Of a DNA stretch of 35,130 nt, positions 19,363-26,958 are shown piece after piece. Source of the stretch: Bacteroidales bacterium (GTDB taxonomy: Bacteria; Bacteroidota; Bacteroidia; Bacteroidales; S143-33); NCBI GenBank assembly GCA_015489395.1, contig WFZV01000046.1, positions 1 to 35,130 on the forward strand, given 5' to 3'. Positions within the stretch are counted from its first letter, which is position 1. Every line of letters starts with the position of its first letter. The translations under genes were made by a program, and so were the position numbers. The notes below the pieces were generated by a model. The model ran no database searches. It worked only from the letters and a program-made list of their open reading frames with translations, and was not told where the DNA came from.

Positions 19363-21144
19363 ATGAAACGGACTTTTACTATAGTGGTAAGTTTGTTTTT
19401 AGCCATACTTACCTTTGCGCAGCAACCCTTACCTGTAAAAAAAGGCTGGTATATTAACGATAAAGGACGCTTTTTTGTAAACAAACACCTTGGAGTATAT
19501 TTGTGGCTATCGTTTTCACCTGATCCAAATTCACCAAAGCACCTTTTAAAAAGCGAATCTACCAAGCATACTAACCCAATGTACTTTGATTCAGAAGGTT
19601 ATAACTCCATCCGTTCGCCATGGGAGATAGATTCTACAGGAAAGTATATTTTGCCAAAACATGATATTGTATTTGAGGTTTATGCCGATGGCTTACCTCC
19701 TATTGTTAATTCAACCTTTTACGGCGCGCCTAAATACGTTAAATCAGGTACTGTTTATTATGGAAAAGGCTTGAAAGTTAAGCTTACTGCTACAGATGCC
19801 CGTCCAAGTGAAGGTTTGTCTAAAGACGTAGTTTCTGGTGTAAAAGCTATTTACTATTCAATCAATGGCCAGAATTACCAGGAATATAAAAACGAACTTG
19901 TTTTTGACAAAGAAGGTTCGTTTACCCTCAAATACTATGCTGTTGACAATGTAGGTAATGTTTCACAACCAGTTGAAAAGAAATTCATCGTTGACCTGAC
20001 TCCTCCTGAGATTGCTCAGAACATCGAAGGAGACGCTGTTGGTACAGTTTATTCCCCACGTGCTAAAATTGTTTTGACCAGTACAGATAATCTTTCTGGT
20101 GTACGTCACACTTATTACTCAATCGATGGTCGTAAGCCTGTTATTTATACCCATCCGATTCCTATTACAGCTTTAAGCACAGGCGCACATACTTTCGAAT
20201 ATTGGTCTGTTGACAACGTTGACAACAGCAACCGTGGCTTAGGTGGTAATGGAGCAAAAGGTGGTGTTAAATATACATTTGAATACGATAATATTCCTCC
20301 AAAAGTCTGGTTCGAAATTGTTGGCGACCATTATAAGGGCAAATACGATTACATTTCATCACGTACTCAAATCAAACTTCTTGCTGACGATAAAAATGGT
20401 GTAAAAAATATCTTCTACGGTATAAATCGTCCTGCATCAGAGATTTATCAGCAACCATTCCACATGCCACCACAGACCGGACTTGAAACTTTCTACTACA
20501 AAGCTGTTGACAAGCTCAATAACATGAGCGCTCAAAAGAGCAAAGTCGTTTACATGGATAACACTCCGCCTATTACTGCTATAAATTACAAAGTTCCTCA
20601 ATTCTTCAACCGCGACACTTTGTTTATCACCAAACACACAAAGATTCAGCTCTTTGCTAAAGACTATCAATCTGGCTTACAGCGTATAGAATACAAAATC
20701 GACGATGGTCAATGGCAGACTTACAATGGCGAATTCGTTATTCCTAAAGAAGGTTATCACGTAATTACTTTCCGTTCAGTTGATAATGTCAACAATGTAG
20801 AGGCAGAGAAGAAGAGTACTTGCTTTGTTGATAATACTTCACCGGTTATTTATATTAACTTCAGTATAGAGCCAGTTAAATTTGAAAACGAAAATGGTCA
20901 GAAAATTCCAGTTTACCCAGCATATTCAAAGATTTATTTAGGTGCAACAGACTCTTACGCAGGTACAGAAGCTATTTACTTCTCAATCAACGGCGGTCCA
21001 AAAATGCGTTACATCAGTGCTAAAGAAATTGCACGTAAAGGTTTGATTCGTAAACCTGGTAAATACACAATTACTGTTGAAGCTGTCGATAAATTAGGAA
21101 ACAAGAGTACAAAGACCCAAACATTCTACATCTTGAACAAGTAA
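19363..21144 (+). CDS. Exported protein with five OmpL47-type/Ig-like repeats
   Basis: Start moved to ATG 19363 (signal peptide MKRTFTIVVSLFLAILTFA); repeats of the form D..SGV..IYYSI.G ... (Y/F)xAVDxxxN: YYAVDNVGN, YWSVDNVDN, YKAVDKLNN, FRSVDNVNN, VEAVDKLGN. Confidence 0.8.
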   Translation: MKRTFTIVVSLFLAILTFAQQPLPVKKGWYINDKGRFFVNKHLGVYLWLSFSPDPNSPKHLLKSESTKHTNPMYFDSEGYNSIRSPWEIDSTGKYILPKHDIVFEVYADGLPPIVNSTFYGAPKYVKSGTVYYGKGLKVKLTATDARPSEGLSKDVVSGVKAIYYSINGQNYQEYKNELVFDKEGSFTLKYYAVDNVGNVSQPVEKKFIVDLTPPEIAQNIEGDAVGTVYSPRAKIVLTSTDNLSGVRHTYYSIDGRKPVIYTHPIPITALSTGAHTFEYWSVDNVDNSNRGLGGNGAKGGVKYTFEYDNIPPKVWFEIVGDHYKGKYDYISSRTQIKLLADDKNGVKNIFYGINRPASEIYQQPFHMPPQTGLETFYYKAVDKLNNMSAQKSKVVYMDNTPPITAINYKVPQFFNRDTLFITKHTKIQLFAKDYQSGLQRIEYKIDDGQWQTYNGEFVIPKEGYHVITFRSVDNVNNVEAEKKSTCFVDNTSPVIYINFSIEPVKFENENGQKIPVYPAYSKIYLGATDSYAGTEAIYFSINGGPKMRYISAKEIARKGLIRKPGKYTITVEAVDKLGNKSTKTQTFYILNK

Positions 21145-21162
21145 TTTAAATCATAATACTTC

Positions 21163-21196
21163 GGCAAAGCTGCTCAGCCTGAGCAGCTTTGCCTTT
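21163..21196 (+). terminator. Intrinsic terminator after the repeat protein
   Basis: 14-bp perfect stem GGCAAAGCTGCTCA/TGAGCAGCTTTGCC with a 3-nt loop, then TTT. Confidence 0.8.
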
Positions 21197-21269
21197 AATA
21201 TAAAATCGTTTTTTTTAAACTGTCATGTTAAATGCCATTTACTTTTTTTAAACCTTAAAATACAAACTT

Positions 21270-21617
21270 ATGGCTGCACGAAAAGTCTGGAGAATACCTG
21301 TTCTGATAAATTCTACAGGAGATATTGTTAAAATCTGGAAGCCACGTCAGTGGACAATCGATCCTCAAAATGACTATTATGAGCCAGAAATTGCGATGAA
21401 TGCTTTTAATAGTCGAAAAGTCAAGAAAAGTCTGTTGACACGTGGTCTGCCGCCAATGAAAAACGTACAGTTGGTTGTACGTAAAGACCCGGGTAAGACC
21501 AAAGACGAAATTATGCAAACGTACAATTTGCTGCTTTCAATGCCTACGCTCCTGGCAAAAGGTACAGACGAAGAATTTGATGCATTTTTGCGTAAAGTTT
21601 TGCCTCGTAGGGTTTAA
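21270..21617 (+). CDS. Hypothetical cytoplasmic protein, 115 aa
   Basis: ATG after an AT-rich leader, plausible codon usage, flanked by two terminators; no family recognised. Confidence 0.7.
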   Translation: MAARKVWRIPVLINSTGDIVKIWKPRQWTIDPQNDYYEPEIAMNAFNSRKVKKSLLTRGLPPMKNVQLVVRKDPGKTKDEIMQTYNLLLSMPTLLAKGTDEEFDAFLRKVLPRRV

Positions 21618-21708
21618 AGATAAACGCAGCTTCCCCCTGAATTTTTACGTGATATAAGACGATTGAATAGTTTAATTGAGCAAAATTTTCGGTTTTTTGT
21701 ACGAGTAA

Positions 21709-21742
21709 GACGGCGCTGGCTATGCCAGCGCCGTCATTTTTT
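21709..21742 (+). terminator. Terminator hairpin (possibly bidirectional) between the 115-aa gene and the putative ncRNA
   Basis: 12-bp perfect stem GACGGCGCTGGC/GCCAGCGCCGTC with loop TAT, followed by ATTTTTT on +. Confidence 0.8.
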
Positions 21743-22009
21743 GCCCGAAACCTGAGTTTAGCGTACAGACTAATGTACGTTCGAGCCCGGAAATGTGTAA
21801 CTTATTGAATATTCGTAAATTAACGGCTTAAGTATGTGCCACAGCTGCCCGAAATATCAACGGATAAGTGCGTCTGCTCGGCTTTTTTGTAAATTTCAGT
21901 AAACGCTGCGACCCTGGGCTTAAGGCCGTGTTAATAGTGATTTGCCCTGTGCTACTAGATATTTTAGCCGTGAAAGCCTTGTACATGTTCAAATGCAAGT
22001 TTTGTAGCC
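21741..22009 (-). ncRNA. Putative structured standalone ncRNA (~270 nt), family not assigned
   Basis: No credible ORF; upstream AATCTTTGCA -7-like element; several hand-folded helices; duplicated CCG(A/G)G...UUUCGGGCA module; ends at a strong hairpin. Boundaries approximate. Confidence 0.65.
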
Positions 22010-22012
22010 GTG

Positions 22013-22020
22013 CAAAGATT
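22013..22020 (-). promoter_or_regulatory. Putative -7 promoter element for the ncRNA
   Basis: AATCTTTG(CA) on the - strand, one mismatch to TAnnTTTG; the same TCTTTGCA context precedes the tRNA gene in this window. Confidence 0.5.
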
Positions 22021-22083
22021 CTGTACTTAATTTTGTCAAGTTACAGATTTTAGTCCGTAAAATAACTTCAGAAATCTGCAGGA

Positions 22084-24666
22084 TTAAGATTTACGTTTAA
22101 GTGGAGCGTATTTAAGCAACGGCAGTTTATATCGTCGAATTCCGTCGTATTGGTAGAAAGCATTAGCTATTGCAGGAGCAGTCGGAACAAGGCCAATTTC
22201 GCCGATGCCTTTAGCGCCATAAGGGCCGATTTTATCCGGGACTTCCACGATAATAGTCTTAATTTCCGGTACCTGGTCGATACGCAACAGACCTAAGTCT
22301 TTTAGCTTTTGCGTGGTTAAATAGCCATGTTCCATTGGCAATTCTTCGCTGAGAGCGTAGCCAATACCCATAGCCACTGCACCTTCGATTTGACCTTCGA
22401 CCATCATTGGGTTGACAGCTTTACCAACGTCGTGTGCGGCGTAAATAGTTTTTATGTTGCCGTCATCGTCCAGAACACAAAGCTGAGCAGCATAACCGTA
22501 TGCAAAGTGGGTTTTAGGTTCTTTGACGTCGGCACCTGGTTTTGTAGTCCAATCGACTTTGAAGTAGCCAACGTACTTTTTACCGACAAGTTCGTCTAAG
22601 CTGTGCTGTTCGAGGTCTTTTTTTAGTTTCAGTCCAGCGTCTTTGATAGCGTTACCCAGCAGGGCAGTAGCACGGGAAGCGGTTGTCATGCCAGTAGGTA
22701 TTTGTGCTTCTGTGTCAATGACAACGTCCATGATGTCGGGCTTAAGGCCGGTTGTTTCGCAGAGCATTTGAATAGCAACCGTATTAACTCCCTGTCCCAT
22801 TTCAGTCCAGCCGTGTTTGATAATGATTTTTTCAGGCGAAAGAATTTCAATAATAGCGTAAGAGTCATCGACCATTCCGTTTCCGATGCCTACGTTTTTA
22901 ATACCAATTGCTAAGCCCGCATATTTAGCTTTGTAAAACGGCTCTTTAAGGGCTAAAAGACACTGTTTAAGTCCGACTTGATAGACTTTTTGACCTGTAG
23001 CAGTTTGTAAGCCGTCGTCCAGAGCATTATCGTATCTAAATTGCCAACGGTCAAATCCGCCTAATTCACAAAGTTCGTCGATAGCAGCTTCGACAGCGAA
23101 AGTAACTTGATTCGCACCAAATCCACGCATTGCGCCGCAAGGAACGTTGTTGGTGTAAATCGTAAATGTTTTTATATCGACGTTTGGAACGTAATATCCG
23201 CCCGTAGCGTGTCCTGCAACACGTTCCATAACTTTGTTTCCGACTGACAGGTAAGCGCCTGTATCGCCGTAAGCTCTAAGTTTTAGTGCTACTAATTTGC
23301 CGTCTTTATTTGCAGCTACTTTAATGTCCATAAATACAGGATGACGCTTAGGGTGAACACGAATTGATTCTTCACGGGTGAGAGTGATTTTTACAGGACG
23401 ATTAAGCAAATAAGCGAAAAGTGCTGTATGTCCCTGAATGCTTAAATCTTCTTTTCCGCCAAAACCTCCGCCGTTAGGCAAAAGGATAACCCGTACTTTT
23501 TCTTTTGGAAGGTTTAAAATTTGTGCTATTTGCCGTTGGTCTTCGTACACACCTTGCGATTGCGAATAAACGATTATGCCGTCGTTTCCATCAGGTTTAG
23601 CAACGCAAGATTCAGGTTCAAGAAAAGCATGTTCGATACGTTGTGTTTCGTAATGACGTTCGATAACGTAATCTGCTTGTTTGAAAGCTTTTTCAACATC
23701 GCCACGCTTTGTAAAAGAAATATCAGCGACATTTGACTGGCCTTCGTGAACCTGTATTTCGTCTTTCATAGCCTCGTAAACATCGGTGACTGGTTTAAGA
23801 ACCTGGTATTCGACTTTGATTTTTTCCACAGCCTGACGGGCAATATCTTCTGTTTCAGCAACGACACCCGCAATAACGTCGCCAACGTAATGAGTAATTT
23901 CGCCTACGTCAATCATCAAGTCCCAGTCAGAACGGATAAGTCCGATTTTTTTGTTACCCGGAATGTCTTTAGCAGTGAAAATTCGAACTACACCGGGAAT
24001 TTTTTCGGCTTCTGAGGTGTCGATGCTAAGGATTTTGGCGCGAGGATGGTCAGAGAATTTCAAAGCTCCGAAAAGCATGTTTTCAAGATAAAGGTCGGCA
24101 ACGAATTTTCTAAGTCCGATAGCAGCCTCGTAAGCCTGGTATTTAGGTTGTCGCTGACCTAATTTTCCGTCGGTTTTACGTAGTTCGATAGGTTTATTGG
24201 TTCTGATTGCTTCAGCAGCTTTGAAAACAGCTGATTCGATTTTTTTATATCCAGTACAACGGCAGTAGTTAGGTCTAAGTGCTTTTATGACCTGTTCTTC
24301 AGTAGGTTCTGTTGTTTTATCCAGGAGATTTTTAACCCGCATAATGAATCCAGGTGTACAAAAGCCGCACTGTACAGCTCCTTCGTTGACAAAAGCTTTT
24401 GCAATGTTATCGCGTGTATGTTCGGGTATGCCTTCTAAGGTGTAGATTGTAGCATCTTGAAGGGATTTCATTTTAGTTCTACAGGAAAGTCTTGGTTTTC
24501 CATTAATTTCAACTGTACAAGCGCCGCAATAACCCTGTCCGTTACATCCGTCTTTGACTGAAGTAAGGTGTAAATCTTCTCGTAAAAATTTAAGGAGGGT
24601 GCGGTCAGGATCGCCGTCGTATTGGATTTTTTGACCATTGACAGTTAAAGTTATCATTTTTGACAT
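22084..24666 (-). CDS. xdh: Molybdenum hydroxylase, selenium-dependent xanthine dehydrogenase type (fused 2x[2Fe-2S] + Moco domains)
   Basis: GCNGQGYCGACTV and QCGFCTPG...CRCTGY Fe-S motifs; GGGFGGKED, GAMRGFG, TASR, EGQIEG and AKGIGE Moco-domain motifs; 860 aa, no FAD domain. Confidence 0.85.
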   Translation of the reverse strand: MSKMITLTVNGQKIQYDGDPDRTLLKFLREDLHLTSVKDGCNGQGYCGACTVEINGKPRLSCRTKMKSLQDATIYTLEGIPEHTRDNIAKAFVNEGAVQCGFCTPGFIMRVKNLLDKTTEPTEEQVIKALRPNYCRCTGYKKIESAVFKAAEAIRTNKPIELRKTDGKLGQRQPKYQAYEAAIGLRKFVADLYLENMLFGALKFSDHPRAKILSIDTSEAEKIPGVVRIFTAKDIPGNKKIGLIRSDWDLMIDVGEITHYVGDVIAGVVAETEDIARQAVEKIKVEYQVLKPVTDVYEAMKDEIQVHEGQSNVADISFTKRGDVEKAFKQADYVIERHYETQRIEHAFLEPESCVAKPDGNDGIIVYSQSQGVYEDQRQIAQILNLPKEKVRVILLPNGGGFGGKEDLSIQGHTALFAYLLNRPVKITLTREESIRVHPKRHPVFMDIKVAANKDGKLVALKLRAYGDTGAYLSVGNKVMERVAGHATGGYYVPNVDIKTFTIYTNNVPCGAMRGFGANQVTFAVEAAIDELCELGGFDRWQFRYDNALDDGLQTATGQKVYQVGLKQCLLALKEPFYKAKYAGLAIGIKNVGIGNGMVDDSYAIIEILSPEKIIIKHGWTEMGQGVNTVAIQMLCETTGLKPDIMDVVIDTEAQIPTGMTTASRATALLGNAIKDAGLKLKKDLEQHSLDELVGKKYVGYFKVDWTTKPGADVKEPKTHFAYGYAAQLCVLDDDGNIKTIYAAHDVGKAVNPMMVEGQIEGAVAMGIGYALSEELPMEHGYLTTQKLKDLGLLRIDQVPEIKTIIVEVPDKIGPYGAKGIGEIGLVPTAPAIANAFYQYDGIRRYKLPLLKYAPLKRKS

Positions 24667-24783
24667 GTTTATGAAGTTTTAGAGACGAAAATAATAAAAA
24701 TAGCAGCAATTACTCAATTTTTTGTTGAAATTTCTGAATAAAAATTTAGATTTAAGAAACAAAAACCCTAAAATTTAAAAGTT

Positions 24784-25137
24784 ATGAAACGTGTAATTTT
24801 AAGTTTATTGATTATTTTTGCTGCAAGTTTTGCTTTTTCGCAGCAGCAACAGCAAGGTGGATTGATTTTTGGCAAGGTTGTTGGACTTGATGGCAAGCCG
24901 CTTGTTGGCGCACAGGTAACAGTGCAAGGTTTTGGCATTTCGACGATTACAGATGTCAAAGGAGAGTTTTCGCTTCATGTAAACACCACAGCGCCAGTTA
25001 GTTTAGTGGTTAAATACGGAAAATTTAGACCTTATGTAATTGGTGGAGTAAAGATTAATTCCGGCGTTGTTGTTGGCTTAGACAAAAAAGGCAAAAAAGC
25101 CTGGCATTACATTCTAAACTGTAAATGCGAAAAATAA
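24784..25137 (+). CDS. Small exported carboxypeptidase-regulatory-like (CarboxypepD_reg) domain protein
   Basis: Signal peptide, Q5 run, then I.GKV...DGKPLVGA.V.V.G....TITD..GEFSL. Confidence 0.8.
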   Translation: MKRVILSLLIIFAASFAFSQQQQQGGLIFGKVVGLDGKPLVGAQVTVQGFGISTITDVKGEFSLHVNTTAPVSLVVKYGKFRPYVIGGVKINSGVVVGLDKKGKKAWHYILNCKCEK

Positions 25138-25142
25138 ATTAA

Positions 25143-26273
25143 ATGGACATAAAACGTGTTTTGATTGTCGGTCCTGCTTATCCTTTTCGTGGAGGTATCG
25201 CAGAATTTAATAATAATTTGTGTTCGACATATTTGCGATTAGGAATTGATTGTCAGGTACTTTCATTTAGTGTTCAGTATCCCGGGATTTTGTTCCCGGG
25301 CAGTTCTCAATTTGAGAACCAGCAGCGAGTGATTGACTTTCAAGTCAATCGTGTAATAAATTCTGTTAATCCTTTTACGTGGTCAAAAGCTGCCCGGTAT
25401 ATAAAAAAATTCTCGCCTGATTATGTGTTGGTGGCATATTGGATACCGTTTATTGGTATTTCCACGGGTTTTGTGATGAAAAAAATTAAAAAGCAAATTC
25501 CTACCCTTGTTTTAGCCCATAATATCCAACCTCATGATGCTAAACCATTTGACAGGCAAATAACCAGGTTCTTTTTGAAGCAAGCAAAAGGAGTGGTTTT
25601 ATTGTCGAAAGCAGTTGAGAAAGAGTTAGATATGTTTAACAGGAGTTTGCCGCGTATGATAGGTTTTCATCCGATTTATGATTTTGGTGAAAAGGTTGAC
25701 AGGCAAGAAGCATTTAATTTGCTTGGTATTGAACCATCGAAATATGTTTTATTTTTTGGTTTGATAAAGAAATACAAAGGTCTTGACGTTTTGCTAAGGG
25801 CTTTTGCTACAGAGATATTGCGCAATACAGACATAAAGTTAATTGTCGCAGGTGAATTTTATGATAACAAGAAGCAATATCTGAATATGATAAAGGAATT
25901 GGGTATTTCAGATCGAGTGAAATTGTTTGATTATTTTATTCCCACCTGGCAGGTAAGGTACTTTTTTTCAGCAGCAGACGCAGTGGTTTTGCCTTATCGC
26001 AGTGCAACGCAGAGTGGAGTTACACAGGTTGCTTATCATTTTGAATTGCCCATGATTGTAAGTGATGTAGGTGCTTTGCCTGATTTAGTTCCTGATGGCA
26101 AGGCAGGTTTTGTGTTTAAATCAGAAGATTATGAGCAATTAGCCCACAAAATCGTTCAGCTATATGAAGATAATAATTTACAGCGGTTTAGTCGTTTTAT
26201 ATCAGAGAGAAAAAGGGAGTTTTCGTGGGAGAAACTCGTTGAGCAAATAAATGAATTTTATAAGCAACTTTAG
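25143..26273 (+). CDS. Glycosyltransferase family 4 (GT-B)
   Basis: GPAYPFRGGIA, LFFGLIKKYKGLD, LPYRSATQSGV and SDVGALP motifs. Confidence 0.93.
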   Translation: MDIKRVLIVGPAYPFRGGIAEFNNNLCSTYLRLGIDCQVLSFSVQYPGILFPGSSQFENQQRVIDFQVNRVINSVNPFTWSKAARYIKKFSPDYVLVAYWIPFIGISTGFVMKKIKKQIPTLVLAHNIQPHDAKPFDRQITRFFLKQAKGVVLLSKAVEKELDMFNRSLPRMIGFHPIYDFGEKVDRQEAFNLLGIEPSKYVLFFGLIKKYKGLDVLLRAFATEILRNTDIKLIVAGEFYDNKKQYLNMIKELGISDRVKLFDYFIPTWQVRYFFSAADAVVLPYRSATQSGVTQVAYHFELPMIVSDVGALPDLVPDGKAGFVFKSEDYEQLAHKIVQLYEDNNLQRFSRFISERKREFSWEKLVEQINEFYKQL

Positions 26274-26869
26274 TTCTGTAATTTAGGCTTTAGGTCTTCG
26301 GACATAACAGCTTCCACAATTTCGTCAATTGATGTGTCAGGGAAAATGCTCATCCATGCAAACATGCCGTCGTATTCAAAAATTAGCCTTTTGACCAGTG
26401 CTGAAGCTTGTTCTTCTGTCAAATTGAGTTCTTCGACGGCTTTTTGTTTAAAAAATTTGTGGTATTTCTGATAGTTTGTTTTTACTTTTTGGTAAATTTC
26501 CGGTAAAATAATCAAAGATTCGTAGTAAAGACGCTGAAAATGAGCAATGGAGAAGTTAGTTTGTTGTATTAGTTCTTTGAGATAATTGTAATGATTTTCA
26601 ACTACAATTTTAAAAGCTTTTGTTAAATTATATTGTTTTATTTCGTCAAGTGCGATAAGTTTATTATCTATGTCTAAAAATTGATAAATTATTGTGCGGT
26701 AAAGGTCTAATTTACTGTCGAAATGATAATAAAAAGCGCCTTTAGAGATATGAACAGAATCGATGATGTCCTGTACAGAGGTTGCATAATAGCCTTTTTC
26801 CAGGAACATCAGCGAAGCTATAGCTATAATTTGTTGGCGGGTATGTAAAGCTTTTTTACTTTTGTTCAT
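26270..26869 (-). CDS. TetR/AcrR family transcriptional regulator
   Basis: N-terminal HTH F.EKGY.ATSVQDI.....ISKGAFYYHF.SK. Confidence 0.92.
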   Translation of the reverse strand: MNKSKKALHTRQQIIAIASLMFLEKGYYATSVQDIIDSVHISKGAFYYHFDSKLDLYRTIIYQFLDIDNKLIALDEIKQYNLTKAFKIVVENHYNYLKELIQQTNFSIAHFQRLYYESLIILPEIYQKVKTNYQKYHKFFKQKAVEELNLTEEQASALVKRLIFEYDGMFAWMSIFPDTSIDEIVEAVMSEDLKPKLQN

Positions 26870-26893
26870 GGGAAAAAAGAGATTAGACTTTTA

Positions 26894-26925
26894 CAAAGAT
26901 AATTCGAATTTGTATTTTGTACAAA
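26894..26925 (-). promoter_or_regulatory. Bacteroidota primary-sigma promoter for the TetR gene
   Basis: -7 TATCTTTG (26901-26894) and -33 TTTG (26925-26922) with a 20-nt spacer. Confidence 0.7.
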
Positions 26926-26958
26926 TTTTAATATAAAAAATTTTAAAAATAGCTAAAA

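Noticed and set aside
21868-22053. 61-aa ORF on the + strand
   Set aside because: GTG start downstream of a + strand terminator, no recognisable motif, and antisense to the structured element, which explains the region better.
21709-22083. Moco or purine riboswitch, or SECIS, linked to xdh
   Set aside because: The structured region is downstream (3') of xdh, not in its leader, and xdh has no in-frame TGA.
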